64,000 nucleotides of DNA, taken from the NCBI RefSeq assembly GCF_963921235.1, contig NC_086109.1, positions 10,604,001-10,668,000 on the forward strand, given 5' to 3'. A program made the position numbers and the translations under genes. Positions 49,654 to 60,504 of this stretch are shown here, piece after piece (position 1 is the stretch's first letter; the number at the start of each line of letters is the position of its first letter). The DNA comes from Mobula hypostoma (lineage: Eukaryota). The notes beneath the pieces are model-generated. The model was not told the origin of the DNA, did no database searches, and saw only the letters and a program-made list of their open reading frames with translations.

Positions 49654-50181
49654 TAGGGTGCCTAAGACGTTTGCACAGTACTGTATTTGTCAGCGTGGAG
49701 CGGAAAGCAAGTTTGTAAATCTAGTGGGATCAAAGGATGTTGGGAATGGCGAGGGTGGAGTGCCATGGGACAGGTTACAGAGGAGTGCCAGGGTTGGTGG
49801 TGGTGTGGGTGTGGACACAGCCTGTCCTGAGACACCAGGCAAGCTCCTTTGATTCCAAACAATTGGTTTATTGATCATTACAGAATGTCTCTTAGTGCTT
49901 CCTGCTCCCTCCCCTCTCCCTTTCCCTTTTCCCAACTATGAATCCCCTCACCCTACCCCCTTCCCACTCTCTGATCACAGTGAATGGTGGTGCTGGCGTG
50001 AAGGGCCGAATGGCCTACTCTTGCACCTATTATCTATTTCAGAATCAGATTTATCATCGCTCACATGTGTCATGATTGTTTTTGTGACAGCAGTACAGCA
50101 CAATACATAAAATTACTACAGTACTGTGCAAAACTCTTATGCACCCTTGTTTTATACATGTGCCCAAGACTTTTTGTACGG

Positions 50182-50187
<6 letters not shown>
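49654..50187. mobile_element. DNA transposon-derived element with ~30-bp inverted repeats
   Basis: 49654-49685 TAGGGTGCCTAAGACGTTTGCACAGTACTGTA versus 50117-50147 TACAGTACTGTGCAAAACTCTTATGCACCCT; a third degenerate copy at about 50160-50187. Confidence 0.55.

Positions 50188-50231
<44 letters not shown>
50185..50231. repeat. (GT)n microsatellite
   Basis: Near-pure GT run. Confidence 0.9.
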
Positions 50232-50234
<3 letters not shown>

Positions 50235-51281
50235 TAATTGTAATTTATACTCTTATTTTATGTATTGCACTGTACTGCTGCCAATAAACAAGTTCCATAA
50301 CACATGTCAGTTATAATGAACCTGACTCAGATTTATATTAAAATTACAGTACATGCATGCAAAATAAACAATAAAGTAAACATAACATGGGTGTAAGACT
50401 TTGAAGGAGAAAAATACATAGTTCGAAAAGTAAAGAGAAAAAATATATATAGATCTAATATTAATCCATGTTGGGTAGTTCTGCAGTTTAAAAACACATT
50501 CACAAAAATATATTTCTATTGTAGAACAGTGGGAGAAACTCTCTCCCAGATCCATTGTCTTCTAATGAGAAAGATCATAAATCACTTTCTCAACCTCCTG
50601 ACTACCAAGAGCCTTTAATTTTCAAAGCATTAAGAACATTATTAGTCTTTCCCAGTGTGAACCTCGATGCAAGATAAGAAATAAAAACTAAGAATGCTTT
50701 AAATTAAGAGACAAAAATCCCTCAAAATAGAAATGCTTATCATCTTGAACTAATTTACAGTCAAAAAAAGTCATCTCTCTGCCAAGATGAACAGAAAAGG
50801 AAGTTTCTAAGCAGCTTCAAAAACAGTGCAAGAGAACAGATCGTTGGCTCAAAGACAGAAGGGGGTGATGGACAATCGGCGTTTTGCTGTCTACGGACTG
50901 TTTGTGCTGGACTGCTAGGTCTATAGCAAAGCTTGACCTATTTTCATGGAGTCATAGGACACGACAGTAGAGGAACAGGACATAGTCCCATTGACCTGGA
51001 CCTGGACCATAGCTCTCCATATCCCTGCAATCTGTGGACATATCCAAATTTTTCTTAAATATTGAAATTGAACTTGCATCTACCACTTGCACTGGAAGTT
51101 TGTTCCACACTCACACCACCCTCTGAGTGAAGAGGTTCCCCCTCATGTCCCCTAAACATTTCACCTTTCACCCTTAACCCATTACCTTTAGTTCTAGTCT
51201 AACGTAACCTCAGTGGAGAAACACACACAAAAAATGCTGGTGGAACGCAGCAGGCCAGGCAGCATCTCTAGGAAGAGGTGC

Positions 51282-51317
51282 AGTCGACGTTTCGGGCCGA
51301 GACCCTTCGTCAGGACT
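51282..51317 (-). ncRNA. Minimal hammerhead ribozyme motif (best-preserved copy)
   Basis: AGUC-CUGACGA-A-GGGU(CUCG)GCCC-GAAA-CGUC-GACU: stem I, core, stem II and GUC cleavage triplet all intact. Confidence 0.8.
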
Positions 51318-51545
51318 AACTGAAAGAAGAGCTAGTAGGAGATTTGAAAGTGGGAGGGGGATGGAGAGATCCAAAATGATAGGAGAAGAAAGGAGGGGGA
51401 GGGATGGAGCTAAGAGCTGGACAGGTGATTGGCAAAAGGGATATGAGAGGATCATAGGATGGGAAGCCTAGGGAGAAAGAAAGGGGGAAGGGAGCCCAGA
51501 GGATGGGCAAGGAGTTATAGTGAGAGGGACAGAGGGAGGAAAAAC

Positions 51546-51586
<41 letters not shown>

Positions 51587-51632
51587 AATAAATAAATAAA
51601 TAAAGAATGGGGTACGAAGGGGAGGTGGGGCA

Positions 51633-51959
51633 TTAACGGAAGTTAGAGAAGTCAATGTTCATGCCATCAGGTTGGAGGCTACCCAGACAGAATATAAGGT
51701 GTTGTTCCTCCAACCTGAGTGTGGCTTCGTCTTTACAGTAGAGAAGGCCGTGGATAAACATATCAGAATGGGAATGGGACGTGAAATTAAAATGTGTGGC
51801 CACTGGGAGATCCTGCTTTCTCTGGCGGATAGAGCGTAGGTGTTCAGCGAAACAATCTCCCAGTCTGCGTCGGGTCTCATCAATATATTGAAGGCCACAT
51901 CGGGAGTACCGGATGCAGTATATCACCCCAGCCGACTCACAGGTGAAGTGTCGTCTCAC
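51633..51959 (-). pseudogene. Penelope GIY-YIG endonuclease domain fragment
   Basis: FTCESAGVIYCIRYSRCGLQYIDETRRRLGDCFAEHLRS...HF...EEQHLIFCLGSLQPDGMN, with VIY/YI(G>D) motifs. Confidence 0.85.
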
Positions 51960-52379
51960 CTGGAAGGACTGTCTGGGGCCCTGAATGGTGGTGAGGGAGG
52001 AAGTGTAAGGGCATGTCTAGCACTTCACTCCATCCCTCCCCCTCCTGTCTTCTATCATTTCGGATCTCCCCCTCCCCCTCCCACTTTCAGATCCCTTACT
52101 ATCTCTTCTTTCAGTTCGTCCTGACGAAGGCTCTCCGCGCGAAACGTCGACTGTACCTCTTCCAATAGATGGTGCCTGGCCTGCTGCATTCACCAGCATT
52201 TTTTGTGTGTTACTTGAATTTGCAGCATCTGCAGAATTCCTTGTGTTTGGGCACAGTAGAGAAAGCCTGCTCACATTTACTCGATCTGTACTCCTTCGGA
52301 TCTCATGCCTTCTCTTATTTCCTTACAACATGAAACTCTGCTGCTCTCGGAGACAAAAGACATGTTAGTTTTGCCGCTA

Positions 52380-52780
52380 CACACACAAAACACTGGAAGG
52401 GTCCAGCAGGACAGGCAGCACCTACGGAAAGAAGTACAGTCGACGTTTCGGGCCGAGACCCTTCGGCAGGACTGGACAAAAAAAGCTGAGGAGTAGGTTT
52501 AGAAGGTGAGGGGAGAGGAGAGAGAAACACAAGGTGATAGGGGAAAACGGGAGGGGGGATGAAGTAAAGAGCTGGGAAGTTGATTGGTGAAAGAGATACA
52601 GGGCTGGGGAACGGGGAGTCTGATTGGTGGGGATAGAAGGCCATGGAAGAAAGAAAAGGGGGGAGAAGCACCAGAAGGAGGCAATGGTTCAGGCAAGGAG
52701 ATAAGGTGGGAGAGGGAAGAGGGGATGGGGACTGGTGAAGGAGAGAGCAGGGGAGCCATTATCGGAAGTTCGAGAAATGT
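52380..52780 (-). mobile_element. Penelope-like pLTR fragment
   Basis: pLTR with hammerhead at 52438-52473 (core CUGA>CUGC). Confidence 0.8.
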
Positions 52781-53679
52781 TGTTGTTGTGTTTGTCCTGG
52801 CTGCGCGTTGCGCTGCTGAATATTGTGGGCATGTCCTTTGGGACCAGCAGCTTGACGACATTTGTGGGGGGGCCACCAGCACATCCTCAGGTAGCGTTGG
52901 CTGTTAACAGAAACGGCACATTTCACTGTATGTTTCGACTTACATCTGACTAATATATCTAATCTGCGTCAGGTGGAGTCAAGTCAGGTTTGATTAATAT
53001 TTCTGGAATTAAGAATGCACTAACTACCCCGAGTAAATGTTTCTCTGTCTTTGCCACATTAGGTCAAGTGCACAAGAGCCAACACTACCTGAGGATGTGT
53101 TGGTGGCACCCCACAAATGTCATCTTAAAGCTTCCTCATCACCACTGTTACATTTTGTAGCTCCATAAATGAATCGAAAGAAAAACACAAGAGCAAGAAT
53201 GGTGCTTAGTTAGTTTTTTATAGTGAGACGCTCACATATGACATAATGGTGTAATGATGTATACTATTCACGTACTTCTTATATATAACCCATAATAAAT
53301 TATGTAAACAATGTTTAACCAAATATTACTGAAATATCTAACCATGTAATCATAATTAAAATTTTGTTTCTAATGGAACTAAACAACCACTGACAGAATG
53401 TGAATGGTGAGTACAAGGGTAGCCCTCAGTGTATCAAAGAAAAGCCTATTTTCCAGCTTCTAATTACAAGCCAGTGGGACCATTCCAGTCTGGACTTCTA
53501 CACGGGTAAGCACCAGGAGATCCGATGGGAGGTCTGGATAGAGTCCATAATGGGGTGGTAGGGCTACTCCTGTTGGTGGAAGGTCAAGGACATGAAGTCA
53601 CAATCATAGAACAAAGGGGAAAAGAATTAAGAGCGATATGTCAAATATGTTCTTGCTTAGCTGGTGAGTATATTTACAT

Positions 53680-54110
53680 AGAGCACTGCCACAAGAGAGC
53701 AGTGTACAACATCAAAGATCTCCATTCTCCAGGCCACGTCGTCTTCTCACTGCTACCATTGGGTAGAAGGTACAGAAGTCTTGGGTCCCATACCGCCAGG
53801 TTCAGGAACAGTCATTACCCTACAGCCATCAAGCTTCTGAATGAGTGTGGATAAATTCATTCACCACTACTCTGAAATGATTCCTCAACTGACTTTCAAA
53901 GACTCTTTACAACTCATGTTCACAATATTACATTTACTCGAAGTTTGTCTTCTTTTGCACATTTTTTTGTCCTTTTTTTCTGTTTATGTATAGTTTTTTT
54001 GTAAAATTCTATTGTAGTTCTTTTTTTTCTTGTAAATGCCTGCAAGAAAATTAAGGCAGTTCATGGTAGCATATGTACTTTGATAATAAATTTACTTTGA
54101 AATTTGAACT
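53680..54110 (+). mobile_element. Rex1/Babar LINE 3' fragment
   Basis: IKDLHSPGHVVFSLLPLGRRYRSLGSHTARFRNSHYPTAIKLLN; tail TGATAATAAA(TTTGAAC). Confidence 0.75.
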
Positions 54111-54167
54111 TTGAGTGGTTCTGGTAGGAGCAGGCACAGCAGAGGATAAAAGCCATTGTTATTAGGC

Positions 54168-54350
54168 TTAGCACCAAATGCTGGAGGAATCAACATTTCA
54201 AGCCGAGACCCTTCAGAATCCTGCTGAAGGGTCTCAGCACAAAACGTCGACTGTATTCTTTTTCCATGGATGCTGCCTGGCCTGCTGAGTTCCTTCAGCA
54301 TTTTGTGTGTGTTGCTTTGACTTGCAGCATCTACAGATTTTCTCTTGTTC
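54168..54350. mobile_element. Mini palindromic Penelope insertion (183 bp)
   Basis: Head-to-head hammerhead remnants GAGACCCTTCAG...CTGAAGGGTCTC; perfect TSD GTTATTAGGC (54158-54167, 54351-54360). Confidence 0.75.
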
Positions 54351-54459
54351 GTTATTAGGCACGGGAATGTTTTAATCTAGTTCATTTCAGCAATTGTGTT
54401 AGTTACTGTCAGAATCAGAATCAGGTTTAATATCATTAGCACGTCATGAAATTTTTAGG

Positions 54460-55118
54460 TTAGATTAGATTAGATTATGAAGACACGCAGTCCTCGCTTA
54501 TTGTCATTTAGTAATGCATGCATTAAGGAATGATACAATGTTCCTCCAGTAGATATCACAGAAACACAAGACAAACCAAGACTAAAAAAACTGACAAAAA
54601 CCACATAATTATAACATATAGTTACAACAGTGCAAAACAGTACCGTAATTTGATAAAGAACAGACCATGGGCACAGTAAAAAAAGTGTTAAAGTCTCGAA
54701 AGTCCCATCATCTCACGCAGACGGTAGAAGGAAGAAAACTCTCCCTGCTATGAACCTCCAGCGCTGCAAACTTGCCGATGCAGCACCCTGGAAGCACCCG
54801 ACCACAGCCGACTCTTGAGTCCGTCCGAAAACTTCGAGCCTCTGACCAGCCCTCCGACACCGAGCACCGAGCACCATCTCTGCCAAGCACTTCGACCCTG
54901 GCCCCGGCCTCCAGCAATAGGCAAGGCCGAGGATTCGGGGCCTTCCCCTCTGGAGATTCTTGATCACACAGTAGCAGCGGCAGCAAAGCGGGCATTTCAG
55001 AAGTTTCTCCGGATGTTCCTCCGTGCTTCTCACGTCTGTCTCCATCAAATCAGGATTGTGCATGGTACCCTACTTGACGGATACCGATATCATTCACTGG
55101 AGAGGCTGCGCGCGCTGC
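54460..55118 (-). mobile_element. Young Rex1-type non-autonomous retroelement (copy 3)
   Basis: Homologous to 11254-11949; (TCTAA)n tail; slightly 5'-truncated. Confidence 0.8.
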
Positions 55119-56435
55119 CAATTTTGTTGTCTTTGTGGCAGCAGTACAATGCAATACATAATAGTAGAGAAAAAACTTGAATTATGGTAAGTACAAAAAT
55201 AAAAATAAAAATAAGTGCAAAAATAAAAATTAAAAAGTAGTGAAGTGTTCATGGATTCAGTGTCCATTCAGAAATTGGATGTTAGAAGAAAAGTAGCTGT
55301 TCCTGAATTGCTGAGTGTGTGCCTTCAAGTTCCAGTACCTGCTTCCTGATGGTAGCAATGAGAACAAGGCGTGTCCTGGGTGGTGGGGCTCCTTGATGAT
55401 GGTTGCCACCTCGCTTTTTGAAGATGTCCTCGATGCTCTGGAGGCTAGTGCCCATGATGGAGCTGACTAATTTTACAAGTGTCTGTAGCCTCCTTCGATC
55501 CTGTGCAGTAACCCACCCCCCGTCCCAGACGGTGATGCTGCTAATTGGAATGCTCTCCACAATACATCAGCAGAAGTCTACAAGTGATGCTGTGTTCGTT
55601 GTGCTTTTGCAGAATGCATTTTTGTTTAAAAAACAGAAATTCACGGTCACAAAATGTCATTGATTGTCATGAGTAATTAGTTGGACTCTTAAGACTGTTA
55701 TTGCATTTTTGTAGTGCAAATATTACTTGCCACATCAGCTTTGTGTTGTCTGGCTCTTGACGCAGGAAGTCGACTGAGACCGTATTTAGAGAGAAACAAA
55801 CTGATGCTGGAAGATGCCAAAAAAAAAGACTGATATCAAATAAGCAAATGTGACTAATACAAATGCTAATGAAAACAAAATCTTAATGGGAAAGAATGCC
55901 TGGAACTGATACAACTTTATAAGGGAAAGAAAGGGGAGATCCAACCAACAAGAACATTGGGAACCGCAAAGAACACTAGATATGGAGAATAATGTATTCA
56001 CTGGGAGGAAATGGCTTGTTTCAGGAAACAAGTTTATTTCTTTAAAAAATGCTTTCTGTTTGAAGTTTGCATTATGAAAACATTCTGGTTAGGTTAAACA
56101 AAATGTCGAAATCAGACAATTCCAGCTTTTGTTCTGTGCATTGTTCGACTGTTAACAGGTAAGCAAAGCCACAAATGATGCAAAACTATACCAGTTGATG
56201 AGGAGAACGTCAAGAATGCATGGATGAGAGGCGTGTGGAAGGTTATGGTCCAGGTGTGGATCAATGGGACTAGGCAGAATAACACTTCAGCACAGATTGG
56301 ATGGGCTGAAAGGCCTGTTTCTGCACTGTATTGCTCTGTGACTCTAATAGAACTGAACAATAGATCAGATACAGATGGGGATGCCGAGTATATGGATTGG
56401 AAAAGGGGTCCACGCAAATAACTCTGTAACTCTAA

Positions 56436-56652
56436 TGAATAAACTCCTCTCGGGCTACCAGCCGGGTACAGGTATCAATTTTAACCGACGTTTCGATAAC
56501 AAACTCTGCCACCTTCACCAGGGATCTGCATCATCTCCATCATCCCGGATGGCAGAGTTTGCCGTTGAAACATCGGTTAAAATCGATACCTGTACCCAGC
56601 TGGTAGCCCGAGAAGAGTTTATTCATCGAATACCCTGGGAAAGCACTAGATC
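56436..56652. mobile_element. Palindromic Penelope-like mini element of a second family
   Basis: 77-bp inverted arms 56435-56511 and 56550-56626; direct repeat CTCTGTAACTCTAA at 56422-56435 and 56653-56666; hammerhead-like CUG(G)UGAAG...GAAACGUC on the minus strand. Confidence 0.7.
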
Positions 56653-56699
56653 CTCTGTAACTCTAACGCTATACTCTGCCACCCCACCAGCGCCCGCGT

Positions 56700-57590
56700 C
56701 CAGCACATAATTCTCTGTAACTTCCACCACTTCCAGCGGGATCCCACCAAGAAGCACGTCTTTCCCGACAAGACCCTCTTGTCCATTCATCCTTCCCCAC
56801 TGATCTCCCTCCTGCCACTTATCCTTGCAAACGGAACAAGTGCTGCACCTGCCCCTACACCTCCTCCCTCACTACTATTCAGGGCCTCAAACAGTCTGTC
56901 CAGGTGAGACAACACTTCACCTGTGAGACTGTTGGGAGCATCTACTGTATCTGGTGCTTCCGGTGTGGTCTCCTGTATGTCTGTGAGACCTGACATAGAA
57001 TGGGAGACCGCTTCGCCGAGCACTTATGTTCCACCCAACAGAAAACGCGGGATCTCCCAGTGGCCAGCCATTTTAATTCCACTTCCCATTCCCATTCCGA
57101 CATGTCAGTTCAAGGCCTCCTCTAATGCTGTGATTAGGCCAGCAACACCTTATGTTCCCTCTGAGGAGCCTCCAACCTGATAGCATGAACACTGATATCT
57201 CGAACTTCTGGTAATGCTCCATTCCCCCCACCTCTCCTTCACCAGTCCCCATCCCCATTTCCCCTCCTCACCTTATCACCTCCCTCTGGTGCTCCTCCCC
57301 CTTTTCTTCCTTCCATGGCCTTCTGTCCTCTCCTATCAAATTCCCCCTTTTCTATCCTTGTATCTCTTACACCAATCAACTTTCCAGCTCTGTACTTCAC
57401 CCCTTCCCCTCCCAGTTTCACCTATGACCTTATGTTTCATCCTCCCCTCCCCCCACCTTCTTACTCTTACTCCTCATCTTTTTTTCTTCAGTCTTACCGA
57501 AGGGCCTCAGTCCAAAACATCAACGGTACTCATTTCCATAGATGCTGCCTGGCCTGCTGAGTTCCTCCAGCATTTTGTGTGTGTTACTAT
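56700..57590 (+). mobile_element. Penelope-like element 3' part (degraded GIY-YIG + pLTR)
   Basis: CAGGTGAGACAACACTTCACCTGTGAG (QVRQHFTCE); homologous to 51633-52020. Confidence 0.8.
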
Positions 57591-57689
57591 ATTCTGCATT
57601 CTGTTTTCCATTTGTACTCTCCCGATGTACTTGTGTATGGAATGATCTGTCTGGGTGGCACACAGGCAAAAGCTTTTCACTGTATTAGT

Positions 57690-58250
57690 GAAGCCTCCGT
57701 CGGTCAGAGTCGGCCATGGACGTTGTGTCCTAGCTGTCTAGATACACAAGCCTGGACAGTACAATATGGAGGGCAAGCTGTTGCCCATGTAGCAGGCTGC
57801 TCCTCTCTACCCATCTGATGAACCCAAAGGAACTGCAGAGACTGATAGAGTTGGGCACCAATAGTATGACAGGAGTTGCCAGTTGACGTAGTGGGACTTC
57901 AACTCCAGATTTCTCCCTCTGGAATTACTCCTGAAGCCTTCTCCATGAGTGGCTATGGCCACAAGACAGCAAAAGGTTCAAGATCAGAGTTTTCCTTCTC
58001 TTAGATGAGATGCCAACCACAGCTGACGAGCCTCATCTGCCCGAGGGGACTGTGTTTAGGGTGCTAGTAACTCACCTTTGCCCCTTCTCCTGTCATTAGA
58101 AATGGTTCTGCTGGGCTTAGTAGCTAAGAAGGTCAGGAGCTGGACTTGGTTGTCAGAGGCTATTTGAGATGCACACCATTGGGTGCGTTTAATAGACAGT
58201 GGGAGCCTATCCTCATTACCACCCTCCGGCCAGAACAACCTTGGGGAACC
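57690..58250 (-). mobile_element. RTE-derived non-autonomous element (uninterrupted copy)
   Basis: Colinear with 821-1306 plus 1858-1908; GAGAAGGAAAACTCTGATCTTGAACC motif. Confidence 0.65.
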
Positions 58251-58263
58251 TCTATCTCAGTAC

Positions 58264-60504
58264 TTCTTCTTCTTCTTCATCATGTGCCTTACGCATTACA
58301 CGCTTGGGCGAACATGACTCTTCACATCAAACGATCCCTCGCAGTGTCAATATCTCGCACACTTAGATCTGTTAGTTCTTTCACAGTGTCCTTATATTTT
58401 CTTCTTTGCCTTCCTCTACCGCGTTTCCCAGGCATACGGCCTTGTAATGTTAGGCATTCTATTTCTCCCTTTCTGATGACATGACCCAGGAATTTAAGTT
58501 TCCTCTCATTTAATGTTCACATTAAAAACCTTTTTGTATGGGCACGTTGGAGTACTGTCTCATTAGTTACGTTATCTCTATATGACATTTTCAGCATTTT
58601 TCTAAGAAACCACATTTCTGTTGCTTCAAGTTTCTTTGGAGCTCTGGTGTTATAGTCCATGTTTCGGAAGCATACAGCAAGATTGACCAGATGTAATATT
58701 TTAGTAGCCTAAGCCTTGTTGTCATAGAAATGTGTCTGTTAGTAAAAATGGGTTTCATTTTTTGGAAGTTGGTCTTGGCAATGGCAATTCTTCTTTTTAT
58801 TTCTACTTTACTGTTAGCATCTTGTGATATAAAGCTACCAAGGTAACTAAAGCTGGTCTTTTGTTCAATCTCTTGGTTACCGACGTACAATTGGCTGTTA
58901 GGAGTATCCTGCTGTTTTGATATTACCGTACATTTGGTTTTTTTACAGTTGATGGTTAGACCAAAATCTGCACTTGTTTGTACTACTTTGTCTAGGAGGA
59001 TTTGTAGGTCTTCTGCCGCCCTTGCTATTAGGGTGGTATCGTCTGCATATCTTATAATGTTGATGTTAACACTTCCAATTTTTATCCCATCTAGGTCTTC
59101 TATTTCTCTGAGAATCATTTCACTATAGATATTAAATAATTCTGGTGAGGCAATGCATCCCTGTCTAACTCCTCTTTGAATTTTAGTCCAACTGCTTATA
59201 TTATCATCAATTTTTACCGCCGCCGTTTGATTCCAATATAAATTTTGAAGCAATTGTTGGTCCCTTCCGTCAATGTTTAGTTTAGCGAGAATTTGAAATA
59301 CTTTGTCGAATGCTTTAGTGAAATCAATAAAACATAAAAGGACATCATTTTGATATTCAATTGCCCTTTCTGAAAGCATTCATAGTATGAAAATTGGTGT
59401 TCATAGTTCCTCTATCCTCAATAAGCCCATATTGCAGTTTAGAAGTTTCTGGTCTTAATTTGTTTTTAATTCGACTCAGAACAATTCTCAACAAAATCCT
59501 TATTATGTGACTCATAAGACTGATTGTTCTATAATTTTCGCAGTCAATAGTTCCAGGAATTTTTGACAGAGGTGTAAGTACTGATTTCAAGAGATCGTCA
59601 GGCAATACACCAGACTCATATATGCCATTAAACAGTTCAGAAAGAATATCTATGCCCTGATCTTCTAGGGCTTGTATCATTTCCACTGAAATTCCATCAG
59701 GTCCAGTGGCTTTACCATATTTCATGCTTTTCATTGCTTTAGTTATTTCTTTTCTGGTAACAGGTGGGCCAGATTAAGGGTGTTTAATATCTGGGGGTTC
59801 CCCTCTATTATCTTCAAGAAGGTGCTCTATATACTGAATCCACCTCTTACATACTTTATCTGGATCTGTTAGTATGGATCTGTCTGTTGAGGAGGTTTTC
59901 TTAATTCCAGTAATTTCCTTAATTTTCTTGTGCATTTCTTTGCTGCTGTTAATATGGCCTTCTACTTCATTGCATTTTTGATTCAGCCATTCTTCCATTG
60001 CAATATTGCACGATTGTCTGGTCCGTCTGTCTAGCTCTCTGTATTGCACTTCATTATTCTTCACTAACCTTTGTTCCATCAGATCTAGAATTTCTTTGGT
60101 TATCCACCCCTTGCTGGTGTGTTGGATTTCTTGTACTGGGATTATCTCCTCCGCTGATTGCTGTATGGCATATTTAAATCTGTCCCAAATAGGTGTTGTT
60201 TCGTTTTCGTTGAGGTATTCTTCTACAGCTGTTTTGAATTATTGCTTAAGTATGCTATCATTTTTAAGTTCTCCCAACATATACTTCTTTTTCTTTTTTC
60301 CAACGTTTCAGTTTCTTTAATTTTGTTTTAATGGTAGCTATTACTGGATGGTGATCTGAACCACAGTCTGCTCCTGGGTAGGCTTTAGAATTTGTGATAT
60401 TATTTCTAAAGCGTTCGCTGATGGTAATGAAAACTATTTGATTCCTTGTTCGATCTCCAGGGCTAATCCAAGTACACAATCTACGTGGATGGTGCATGAA
60501 GCCA
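58264..60504 (-). mobile_element. RTE/BovB-like LINE, 5'-truncated, frameshifted
   Basis: GADCGSDHHPV (APE end), GKATGPDGI, NYRTISLMSH, CFIDFTKAFDKV, GVRQGCIASPELFN, RYADD, FSYLGS; (GAA)n tail at 58264-58277. Confidence 0.88.

Larger units (their letters stand above)
51222..52253 (-). mobile_element. Penelope-like element with GIY-YIG remnant and inverted pLTR
   Basis: 51222-52020 (-) plus inverted 52025-52248 (+); TSD CAGT(G/A)GAGAAA at 51211-51221 and 52254-52264. Confidence 0.88.
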
